DNA of 64,000 bases from Nitrospinota bacterium (lineage in GTDB: Bacteria; Nitrospirota; Nitrospiria; Nitrospirales; UBA8639). Below are positions 1 through 8,611 of this stretch, piece by piece. The stretch's first letter is position 1. Each line of letters begins with the position of its first letter. The notes beneath the pieces were generated by a model, which made no database searches, had not been told where the DNA came from, and was given only the letters and a program-made list of their open reading frames with translations. Location of the stretch: assembly GCA_022572725.1 (NCBI GenBank), contig JACZVJ010000001.1:907-64906 (forward strand), in the 5' to 3' direction. The position numbers were made by a program, and so were the translations under genes.

Positions 1-593
1 TGAGTAGTGAATAGGACTGGGTGCTCTTTCTACCTACACGGAGCAAATGAGCGACGGGGGCGATGTGGTTTCCGAACGGCGTGTTGGGGTTTCCTTTCCC
101 CTAATGCGCCGTTCGTTTTGTGTCCGTGGAACCGTGCTGAGGCCTTGGAATTACCGCCAGTCCCACGGCTCAGTCCAACCCCCCCTTCCCTCTTTGCAAC
201 TCCCCCATCACCTCTCCCGTCATCCTACCCAAATCTCGCTTTCTACAAACATGCAGTTCCGAGCCTAAAGAGGCCCTTAAAATTTCCAATCCATCCCTCA
301 GCATACCCCAACCGCTAAAGTCCTCTTAGAATCCTGTAAAGTGCTCTCCTGTGGGAGTCTACTGAGCCATTTTACACGGGTCACTACCGTTGTGTGCTTG
401 AGTTCAATCACCCTTTTTGTTTTTTCCAGAATATTTGGAAGGGACTTTTCTAGGGCACTGTCTACTCAGGGACATGATACCCACCTGACCACCACCCTAT
501 CTTACAATCTTAAGGTAGGGGTGGGGGGGCTACGATGGCAGGGAAGGCTATCGGGGACTAGGTAGACCAAGACTCTGAGGACTCCCCACTTGG

Positions 594-1397
594 TTAGCCT
601 GTCCCCGGCTTTGGGTCTGTTTTTTCAGGTTGACGAAGAAATTGGCTGATAAAGTCGACAGGCACAGGGAAAATGATAGTGGAACTCTTATCGCCAGCCA
701 CAGTCATGATGGTTTCAATATAACGCAACTGCAGCGCAGCGGGATTTCGACTGAGCACATCCGCGGCGTCTGCGAGGCGCTGCGAAGCCTGGTATTCTCC
801 TTCAGCGTGGATCACTTTTGACCGCCGTTCACGTTCTGCTTCCGCTTGCCGTGCGATCGCCCGCTGCATTTCTTGGGGAAGATCCACATTTTTCACCTCG
901 ACCGTGGTCACTTTAATGCCCCAGGGCTCTGTCGCCTGATCGATAATTCGTTGGAGATCGGCATTGATCTCATCTCGTTTAGCCAGAAGGTCATCGAGCT
1001 GGCTTTGTCCCAGGACGCTCCGTAAGGTCGTTTGGGCGATCATGGAAGTCGCATAGTAATAATCTTCCACGTCCACAATGGCTTTTTCCGCGTTGACGAC
1101 CCGGAAATAGATGACCGCATTGACCTTCACGGAGACGTTGTCTTTGGTAATCACGTCCTGCGGAGGGACATCCATGGTGATGGTTCGTAAGCTAACCCTG
1201 ACGAGCTTGTCGACCAGAGGAATAATGATGATCACACCCGGTCCGATTCCCCCAATGAGGCCTCGAGCCAGCCGACCAAACCGAAAAATGACGGCCCGTT
1301 CGTATTCTCTCAGAACGTACATGCCTTTGGCCAAAAGGACAATCAGGGCTATGAGGAAAATAAGGAGAGAGGTGGTGGGACTCAAGGCCTGGCTCAT
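594..1397 (-). CDS. SPFH/band-7 (stomatin/prohibitin-like) membrane protein
   Basis: 267-aa ORF with an N-terminal TM helix and a stomatin-type core ([41 protein letters not shown]). It lies 1 nt downstream of an nfeD-like ORF, the classical NfeD-stomatin operon pair. Confidence 0.9.
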   Translation of the reverse strand: MSQALSPTTSLLIFLIALIVLLAKGMYVLREYERAVIFRFGRLARGLIGGIGPGVIIIIPLVDKLVRVSLRTITMDVPPQDVITKDNVSVKVNAVIYFRVVNAEKAIVDVEDYYYATSMIAQTTLRSVLGQSQLDDLLAKRDEINADLQRIIDQATEPWGIKVTTVEVKNVDLPQEMQRAIARQAEAERERRSKVIHAEGEYQASQRLADAADVLSRNPAALQLRYIETIMTVAGDKSSTIIFPVPVDFISQFLRQPEKTDPKPGTG

Positions 1398-1398
1398 A

Positions 1399-2733
1399 TC
1401 AATGATCCTCCTGATGTGTGGGGGCAGGTTTGACGTAAAGCTTTAACCCATCAATTTTAGTCACCTCGATTGGGTTTCCGGCCTGGACGGGTTCGACGCT
1501 GACGGCATCCCAGATCTCCCCATGGACAAAAATTTTGCCATCCGGGGCCAGGTTTGTTTTGGCAAGACCGACGAGCCCAACCATCCCTTCGCTTCCCGTC
1601 ACGGTTCGGGCGCGCAGGGCTTTTACGCCCAGCCTCACAACCAGGAAAGTGAATCCAGCCGCCATGGCCACAACGGGGAGGATCACGGACCAGGAAATTT
1701 GGTAATAGGGGAATTCATCGTTCATCAGTAAGAGGGAGCCAAGGATCATCGAGATCACGCCCCCGATGGCGAGAAGCCCAAAGCTGGTTACCGTGACCTC
1801 GAGAATGAGCAAGACGATACCAAGGAGCAGAAGCAGGACGCCGGCATAATTCACGGGAAGTGATTGCAAGGAATAGAAGGCGAGGATCAGGCTGATGGCG
1901 CCAACAATTCCTGGGAGAATAGCCCCAGGATTGTACATTTCGGCAATCAGCCCGATCATTCCGATGGTCATCAGGGCATAAGCAATGTTGGGATCACTGA
2001 TAGCCTTGAGCGCCTCAAGTCGCCAGCCCATGGGAAATTCCTTGACCATGGCGTTTTGCGTGTGAAGCGTGATGGTGTTGGCCCCCATCCTGACTTCTTG
2101 CCCGTCGAGACGTTGGAGCAACTCGGGGAGATCAGCGACCACGAAGTCAATGAGCCCCAATTCTTTGGCTTGGGTCCCAGTCGCCGACACGCTTTTCAGG
2201 ACCGCGTCCTCTGCCCATTCCGCGTTTCGCCCTCGACGCTCGGCAAGGGATCGAATGTAAGCCACCGCATCGTTTTCGACTTTTTCTTTCATCACTTTGT
2301 CCATTTTACCACCCCCCATAGCCACGGGGTGGGCGGCTCCAATGTTCGTGCCGGGCGCCATGGCAGCGACGTGAGCGGCAAGGGTAATGAACACCCCGGC
2401 TGACGCCGCACGTCCGCCAGACGGGAACACATACACCACAATGGGGATTTGTGAACTGATGATGTCCTTAATCATGGTGCGCATGGAAGTGTCCAGTCCA
2501 CCGGGTGTGTCGAGCTGGAACACCAGGAGTTCTGCTCGTTCCTCCTCAGCGAAGGCGATGGCCGCGTGAAGGTACTCGGCTGCTACGGGGTTAATCACCC
2601 CTTCGTAGGTGGCAACAATCACCAGCGGCGACTCGGAGAACGCAAGGGAGGGTAGGCCAAGAAGGAGAAAAAGGCTGCCCACCCACAGGCAAAGCGTCCG
2701 AAAAATGGCGGACATCTTGTTCTCCCCTTTCAA
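1399..2733 (-). CDS. NfeD-family membrane-bound serine protease (ClpP-class, long form)
   Basis: 444-aa ORF with a signal peptide, a ClpP-like domain ([22 protein letters not shown]), a multi-TM middle segment and a C-terminal NfeD OB-fold-like tail ([14 protein letters not shown]). Confidence 0.9.
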   Translation of the reverse strand: MKGENKMSAIFRTLCLWVGSLFLLLGLPSLAFSESPLVIVATYEGVINPVAAEYLHAAIAFAEEERAELLVFQLDTPGGLDTSMRTMIKDIISSQIPIVVYVFPSGGRAASAGVFITLAAHVAAMAPGTNIGAAHPVAMGGGKMDKVMKEKVENDAVAYIRSLAERRGRNAEWAEDAVLKSVSATGTQAKELGLIDFVVADLPELLQRLDGQEVRMGANTITLHTQNAMVKEFPMGWRLEALKAISDPNIAYALMTIGMIGLIAEMYNPGAILPGIVGAISLILAFYSLQSLPVNYAGVLLLLLGIVLLILEVTVTSFGLLAIGGVISMILGSLLLMNDEFPYYQISWSVILPVVAMAAGFTFLVVRLGVKALRARTVTGSEGMVGLVGLAKTNLAPDGKIFVHGEIWDAVSVEPVQAGNPIEVTKIDGLKLYVKPAPTHQEDH

Positions 2734-3026
2734 TGTCCCGATTGACCTAAACCGGAGCGAAATTTAGCTAGAAAGAATCTCCTACAAAAATGATCTTACG
2801 GCCCCACCAAAATGGTGTCAAGAAATGACCGTAATGGAAGAGGGAAATCAGCAGTGCCCGCAGGAAGCCTTCGGGTCATCAAATAGCCTTGCTGGTGAAA
2901 AGCAAAAGAGCCAGTGGTTTCTTCTTCCCGGTGTGCAAGGCGGAATTCATCCAGCGAGGTGTTGAACTAAAATGCTCGTCGTGGGGCTAGGTTGCAACCC
3001 CAAGCCCCGTCTTCCTAGAATGGCGC

Positions 3027-3929
3027 ATGATAAAAGCCTTTCAGTCCGGTAACCGTGTACATCTCGTCGACAAAAAGGGCAGACAGTATGCCCTGACCCT
3101 GAAAGCCGGTGCGGTTTTTCAACACAGCGGGGACACAATCCCCCACGATGAACTCATTGGAAAACCGGATGGTTCGATCGTTCGATTTTCACGTGGGAAG
3201 ACCATGGTGGCCCTATATCCGACATTAGCGGAGTATACGATCAAAATGCCACGAGGCGCTCAAGTGCTCTATCCCAAAGATCTTGCCATGATTACGGTGT
3301 GGGGCGACATCTACCCCGGAGCCCGGGTCTTTGAGGCGGGGGTAGGGTCAGGGGCATTGACCATTGCACTATTGCGAGGAGTGGGGGAACGCGGGAAGCT
3401 CGTCGGCTATGAGATGCGTGATGACTTTGCCAGGACAGCCATGAAAAATATCGAACGATACTTGGGTCCCGTTCCCAACTTTACGCTCCGCAAAAGCGAT
3501 GCGTATGAAGGCATTCTGTCGGAGGAGGATGGAGAATCCCCATTCTATGACCGGGTGGTTCTAGATTTGCCGGAGCCATGGCGCGTGGTGGAGCATGCGG
3601 CACGGGGATTGAGGTTGGGGGGAACGTATTTGAGTTTCGTGCCCACGGTTCCTCAAGTCACCCAGACCGTCGAGGCCCTGAATGGCTCCGGGGCGTTTGG
3701 CCTAATCCAGACGTTTGAGACGCTTTTTCGCAGCTGGAACATCAAAGGAAGAAGTGTACGGCCTGATCACCGGATGGTGGCCCACTCGGGTTTCATCACT
3801 GTTGCCCGTCGGATTGACAGGGAGCATGGGGGTGATGGCTTCCCAAGTTCACTGGAGGAGGCTGAGATGGGCGGGCCTCAAGAGGATTCACCAAACTCAG
3901 GAGAGGAAATTCCCGACCCTGAGAGGTAA
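3027..3929 (+). CDS. trmI: tRNA (adenine58-N1)-methyltransferase (GCD14/TrmI family)
   Basis: 300-aa ORF with a TrmI-type N-terminal beta domain, then the SAM motif VFEAGVGSGALTIALL and DRVVLDLPEPW. Confidence 0.85.
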   Translation: MIKAFQSGNRVHLVDKKGRQYALTLKAGAVFQHSGDTIPHDELIGKPDGSIVRFSRGKTMVALYPTLAEYTIKMPRGAQVLYPKDLAMITVWGDIYPGARVFEAGVGSGALTIALLRGVGERGKLVGYEMRDDFARTAMKNIERYLGPVPNFTLRKSDAYEGILSEEDGESPFYDRVVLDLPEPWRVVEHAARGLRLGGTYLSFVPTVPQVTQTVEALNGSGAFGLIQTFETLFRSWNIKGRSVRPDHRMVAHSGFITVARRIDREHGGDGFPSSLEEAEMGGPQEDSPNSGEEIPDPER

Positions 3930-3962
3930 ACACAAAACCGTAATCTCAACCCGCCTGGATCT

Positions 3963-4328
3963 ATGAAAACGATTCTTGTAGCGGATGATGAAGAAGACCT
4001 CAGGGTGATTGTTCAGATGACCTTGGAGGACCCCAATCGTCGTATCGTAGAGGCCTCCGATGGAAAGGCGGCACTGGCGCTGATCCGGAAGGAAAGGCCC
4101 GACCTTGTCATCCTGGATTGGATGATGCCTGGGATGAGCGGGATTGAGGTGGTGAAGGCCCTCCGGCAGGATCCTGAAACCAGGCACATTCCAGTCATCA
4201 TGCTGACTGCCAAAGGGCAGGCCGGTGATCAAGAAGAAGGGTCGGGTGCTGGGGCCTTTGCCTATCTCGTGAAACCGTTCAGTCCCCTTCAACTGTTAAA
4301 AAAGGTGCAGGAGGCACTGGCCTCATAG
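3963..4328 (+). CDS. Single-domain response regulator (CheY-like receiver)
   Basis: 121 aa with VADDEED, the phospho-acceptor context DLVILDWMMPGMSG, TAKG and YLVKPF. Confidence 0.9.
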   Translation: MKTILVADDEEDLRVIVQMTLEDPNRRIVEASDGKAALALIRKERPDLVILDWMMPGMSGIEVVKALRQDPETRHIPVIMLTAKGQAGDQEEGSGAGAFAYLVKPFSPLQLLKKVQEALAS

Positions 4329-4355
4329 AACAGGGCACTTTCCCTGCTGAGAGTT

Positions 4356-5210
4356 ATGGAATCTCCTCAAAAATCTTCAGCCGGGCCTGATCTGGAGAAA
4401 CGGCTCAATGCTGTCCAATCTCAGTTAGGGATGTATGCCCGGGATTTACGGGAGCTGTTGGCCCGTGAGCAAAAGAAGAGTGGCCAGCTTCAGGCCGCCA
4501 ATCAGCAGTTGCAAGCCTATGCGCGGGACCTCAAAGTGGCCTTTGATTCCGAATGTCGAAAGGCCCAGGAGTTGGAAAAAGCTTACGCTGATACCGTTGT
4601 GCGGCTTGCTTTGGCTTCCCGGTACAAAGACGAAGAAACGGGGACCCATATCCATCGAATTAGCCATTACTCCAAGACCCTGGCGCTCTGTATTGGACTC
4701 CCTCCGAGAAAAGCTCAACTGATTTTCGATGCGGCTCCGATGCACGACGTCGGAAAGGTGGGCATCCCTGATGCGATTATGCAAAAGCCAGGACCCCTGG
4801 ATGAAAAGGAGTGGGATGCCATCAAGCAGCATCCGACCTTTGGAGCCAACCTGTTGGCTGGGTCCTCTTCCGGTTTGTTGGAAATGGCTCGTGAAGTTGC
4901 CCTGACCCATCATGAGCGATGGGATGGGAGTGGTTATCCAAATGGCCTTAAAGGGGAACAGATTCCGTTAGCCGGCCGAGTGGTGATGTTGGTGGATACA
5001 TATGACGCGTTGCGCAGTCAACGCCCCTACAAGCCGGCGTGGCCCCACGTCACGGCTTGCGACATCATATTAAACGGAAACGACCGAACAAGCCCCACCC
5101 ATTTCGATCCACAATTACTCGAGGCTTTCCGGGAAATTCATGTGGAGTTCGATCGGATCTTTACCCAATTCACGGAGGGATCGGAAGAAAGGCCAGAGTC
5201 CAACCCTTGA
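4356..5210 (+). CDS. HD-GYP domain protein (probable c-di-GMP phosphodiesterase) with N-terminal coiled coil
   Basis: 284 aa with HDVGKVGIP and [14 protein letters not shown] motifs. It lies 27 nt after the receiver gene. Confidence 0.85.
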   Translation: MESPQKSSAGPDLEKRLNAVQSQLGMYARDLRELLAREQKKSGQLQAANQQLQAYARDLKVAFDSECRKAQELEKAYADTVVRLALASRYKDEETGTHIHRISHYSKTLALCIGLPPRKAQLIFDAAPMHDVGKVGIPDAIMQKPGPLDEKEWDAIKQHPTFGANLLAGSSSGLLEMAREVALTHHERWDGSGYPNGLKGEQIPLAGRVVMLVDTYDALRSQRPYKPAWPHVTACDIILNGNDRTSPTHFDPQLLEAFREIHVEFDRIFTQFTEGSEERPESNP

Positions 5211-5317
5211 GGCTAAGGGTATCGACCCAGCTCGAAAGGTGACCGTTCGCCCCTGCCCATCGTGATTTTCTCTGAAATTACCACAGGCTGGGCGAGGGTG
5301 CCCATCCAAGCTTACCG

Positions 5318-5740
5318 TTAGGGAAAATCTACCGGATAGCCTGCTTGTTGCCAGGCATTCATGCTGCCCGCCACGTTGTAGACGTGTTTGTAGCCAAGAT
5401 CGGCAAGGGTTTCCGCCGCAATGTTGCTTCGCTGTCCTGATTGGCAGTACACCACGATATGATCATCCAGTTTCGCGCCGATCTCTTGGTGGCGAAATTG
5501 AATTTCCCGAAAATCAATATTCCTATCGGTATTTGGAATAAACCCGGAGAAATGTTCTTCGGGAGTCCGCACATCGATGAGGAAAAATCCCTTTTGTGCC
5601 GGACTGGATGCTTTCTCCATCCCTCCCATCAATTCGTGAACGGTTAAAACATAGGAGTGGTTGGCCGAGGCGACACCCAAGGAACCAATGAGAATAAGGA
5701 CCCCGAGTGTTATTTGCGTAGTCAATGCTCCCCATTTCAT
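5318..5740 (-). CDS. Secreted rhodanese-domain sulfurtransferase
   Basis: 140 aa with a signal peptide and the rhodanese active-site loop VVYCQSGQRS. Confidence 0.85.
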   Translation of the reverse strand: MKWGALTTQITLGVLILIGSLGVASANHSYVLTVHELMGGMEKASSPAQKGFFLIDVRTPEEHFSGFIPNTDRNIDFREIQFRHQEIGAKLDDHIVVYCQSGQRSNIAAETLADLGYKHVYNVAGSMNAWQQAGYPVDFP

Positions 5741-5827
5741 GGCTAGACCTCCTTTCCCGATGGGAATCGGGGGGCAGGGTAGGGTGATATCAAGCAGACC
5801 AAATTTTGCTATCCACTTAAGAATCTT

Positions 5828-6163
5828 ATGACCTCTTTCAGGGATTGGTCAAGGACAACTCTTGCGGCAGGGTTGTTGGTATGGGGGGGATGTGGAGATG
5901 GGCTACAGCTTATCCGGGAGGGAAATCGGGCCGGGGTCGTGCGGTATATGTACAAAGGAAAGGACGGTCATGTCGTGACGCCCCTCCGAGCAGAGTCCTT
6001 TGAGAAAATTGATGATTTCTGCAAAAGCCCCTATCAGGTCATAAAAGAAGGTGAAACCCGGGGACGCAGACGGGTAGTGGAAGGAATGGGGGGGTCGGAG
6101 GTCCTGGTTGAGAAATGGTGGGGGATTCGGTTTAAGTGTAAAGAAAAACCACTTGAGAAGTGA
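5828..6163 (+). CDS. Hypothetical small protein, possible lipoprotein
   Basis: 111-aa ORF with a hydrophobic N-terminus ending in LVWGGC (lipobox-like). No recognisable domain. Confidence 0.4.
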   Translation: MTSFRDWSRTTLAAGLLVWGGCGDGLQLIREGNRAGVVRYMYKGKDGHVVTPLRAESFEKIDDFCKSPYQVIKEGETRGRRRVVEGMGGSEVLVEKWWGIRFKCKEKPLEK

Positions 6164-6192
6164 TAGGTGTTTTCAGCCAGGAATAACCAAAG

Positions 6193-6361
6193 CTAGGAGG
6201 CTGTCCGAGGTTAGTGATCGTCACGAGGTTGTGTCGGTTTAAGTCAGATTTTTCGATCGTTTGAGGCGAATAGTGGGGTCTATTTAACGAAAAGGATCGG
6301 AGAATCTGGCCAAATCCGGCGCAGCCGTAGTAGATCAATCTAATCTCGGACAGCCTCCTAG
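6193..6361 (-). repeat. 169-bp imperfect-palindrome MITE-like element, copy A (inverted relative to copies B and C)
   Basis: Near-identical to 10026-10194 and 43946-44114. Terminal inverted repeats are CTAGGAGGCTGTCCGAG / CTCGGACAGCCTCCTAG. Confidence 0.9.
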
Positions 6362-6927
6362 GTGGGCGATTTGGCTTTCAAGTCCTCTAAAGTCAGCAGA
6401 CTGATGAGGCTAATCCCCTCCTGTTCGACAGCCTTCCTGCCATCTTGCTCCTGGCGATCGACAATGACCAACGCGTAGTGGACCTCCAGCCCGGCGTTCC
6501 GGGCCACTTGAATGGCCTTCATGACCGACCCGCCGCTCGTCAGGACATCATCGACGATGAGGGCTTGATCGCCTGACTGGGCTGCTCCCTCAATCAACTT
6601 CTGAAGGCCGTGATCCTTTGCCTCCTTTCGGACCACAAAGGTCCGCCAAGATTTTGGAGGGACCGCCCGGAATCCAAAATCAGAAATGGTCGTTGCGAGG
6701 GGAATCGCTCCAATTTCCAACCCCCCGATGGCATTCAGGTTGAGGGCGTGGATTTCTTGAAAGGCCAATTCAGCAATGATTCGTCGTGTGGAAGGATGAG
6801 CCAGGAGGGCACGGCAGTCCACATAATACGGGCTTGTGATTCCGGAGGCTAACCGAAACCCTTTATCCGGGTCCCATTGAAAGGCTTTGAGTGTAAAGAA
6901 AGCTTTGGCCAATGTCTCTTTAGGCAT
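6358..6927 (-). CDS. pyrE: Orotate phosphoribosyltransferase
   Basis: 189 aa with the PRPP-binding motif ALIVDDVLTSGGS and GITSPYYVDCR. Its stop codon lies inside the repeat terminus. Confidence 0.9.
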   Translation of the reverse strand: MPKETLAKAFFTLKAFQWDPDKGFRLASGITSPYYVDCRALLAHPSTRRIIAELAFQEIHALNLNAIGGLEIGAIPLATTISDFGFRAVPPKSWRTFVVRKEAKDHGLQKLIEGAAQSGDQALIVDDVLTSGGSVMKAIQVARNAGLEVHYALVIVDRQEQDGRKAVEQEGISLISLLTLEDLKAKSPT

Positions 6928-7073
6928 CAGTCAGGCCTTACATCAAATCAGAGTGGAGTATGGGTAGGGTCCCTTCTACCACCTTAAATGGAGAGACGCA
7001 ATGAAGCATCTGGTCTTTATCAACGGGAGCCGGTTATAGTGAATCCCTTTGAATCTAAAGAAAGAGTCAAGCC

Positions 7074-7925
7074 ATGTATAAAATGAAAAAGCGTCCCGCT
7101 AAACCTCAAAAACCCGCAGAGTTATACAATATCCTGGAAAATTACACCGACTTTGATCCACCGGGGAATGTCATGGTCTGTGCAATGGCAGGACCGGAGA
7201 ATCTTGATCAGCACGCCAAAATTCTGAGTGAAAGTTATGACATTCCTTTGGAGATCATGACCTCCTTGCTCAGTGGGGGAGGGGTCCATATCTATCCTCA
7301 AACAGGGGGCCTGGTCACCAGAGGGCTATGTGCGTGCAAAGTGGACCCCGCGGGGGAAACACCCAAACAAACGTGGGTGCTGGATCTTTCACAATATACA
7401 GAAGCGGAACAATTGGTTCGGTCCCTTTCCATTCCCCTGGAGTTGGCCGCGGAGCGGGTGTTTTACCGAACGCTCCCAGCGGAACTGCAAGAACGCCTCA
7501 AGCAAAAAAACCTTGGGCTGGACTACACCAAACTGGAATCCGGCGTAGCCCGCGGGGGGGATATTACCTATATCGATTTCCGGAAGGATTGGTCCCCGTA
7601 TTTTAAAAGAAAGTGCACCATGCCGGATGGGACGATGGTGGAAACAGGAGGAATCCAGGAGTTTGCCGACCTTCACGGCATTACGGTCGCGCAAGCCGAT
7701 GAATTGCTGGATAAGGGCGGAACGTTGGAAATAGAGAGTGGCGTCTTGGCTTGCCAAATCATCAACAATCAGCCGACCGTCGCCCGGTTCAATAAACGGC
7801 AATATGCCAAGGCCCAAGACATCGCAGCCTCAAAGCGTCTCCACATCATGGATGCGCTCAGCGAAATGGCTTTGAGTGATCCAGTGCTGATGCGCACGCT
7901 CAAGCGAGCGGAAAGTGCCGGCTAG
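7074..7925 (+). CDS. Hypothetical protein (no family recognised)
   Basis: 283-aa ORF with protein-like composition. Antisense and alternative frames are poorer. No motif I can name. Confidence 0.6.
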   Translation: MYKMKKRPAKPQKPAELYNILENYTDFDPPGNVMVCAMAGPENLDQHAKILSESYDIPLEIMTSLLSGGGVHIYPQTGGLVTRGLCACKVDPAGETPKQTWVLDLSQYTEAEQLVRSLSIPLELAAERVFYRTLPAELQERLKQKNLGLDYTKLESGVARGGDITYIDFRKDWSPYFKRKCTMPDGTMVETGGIQEFADLHGITVAQADELLDKGGTLEIESGVLACQIINNQPTVARFNKRQYAKAQDIAASKRLHIMDALSEMALSDPVLMRTLKRAESAG

Positions 7926-8540
7926 GAGGCTGGTAAAAACCTTTCCTGGAAATAAGAAGTAAAGAGAGGGCTGGAGTTTTTCAGAAAGCTGAAACGATTC
8001 CCGTGCTGAAAGCAACTTGTTCGAAAAGACTGCCGCCTCATTATTTCGATCCTTTTTCCCCCTTAATCTGTTCTCGTTGTCTTGGAAGCCCGATCAATTA
8101 TCAGAATTATCTAGCGGGGTTTCGCCCCCGCGCGACGAGGCCCTTTTGTTTCGGCAAAAGGGACTGTTCAAAAAGCTTCGCAAGCAAGGCCGCAGGAAGC
8201 GAGAAGTCCGAGGCGAAATTAATGTAGTTGAGGGCTCGAAGGCTCTTCGCCTTCTCGCCGAGCAACGAGAACGCCGCTGGCGGACTTTTTCAACAACCCC
8301 TTCGCTCAGACAGCCCTCGCCGAGAGGTCGATTCGGTTCGGCGGCTTAGCCGCGCCCGAAGGCGGGAGTAAATGCCTTTTACTCCCATCCCGTTGTCTCG
8401 TACCCTCGCTCTTTGAAGCACCGGTTGACAAAATTCATGTACGCCCGACTCTGTAGGGAGAGCATGGCATTGAGAGGCGACCCTTCGTCGGCTTTCTGTC
8501 AATTCGTGTCCTTCTTCCTTCAGCCTGGAATTTCCTTTGG

Positions 8541-8570
8541 TTGCGGCTCGGGCGGGAAGATTCCTATAAT
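8541..8570 (+). promoter_or_regulatory. Candidate sigma70-type promoter (TTGCGG-N18-TATAAT)
   Basis: Exact TATAAT at 8565-8570, 42 nt upstream of the Memo-like ORF. The -35 match is weak. Confidence 0.25.
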
Positions 8571-8611
8571 CGATCCGCGATGAGCTTTCACTTAGGGGGA
8601 ATTCCCCGCCT

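Noticed and set aside
6132-6338. 68-aa ORF inside repeat copy A, and the similar ORF 9965-10216 across copy B, sharing IYYGCAGFGQILRSF...NRHNLVTITNLGQPP
   Set aside because: The shared translation is just a consequence of the near-identical DNA. The frames run across element boundaries into unrelated flanks, and there are no start signals.
8118-8141. GTTTCGCCCCCGCGCGACGAGGCC, which looks a little like a CRISPR repeat
   Set aside because: It occurs only once, and there are no regularly spaced copies anywhere in the window, so it is not an array.
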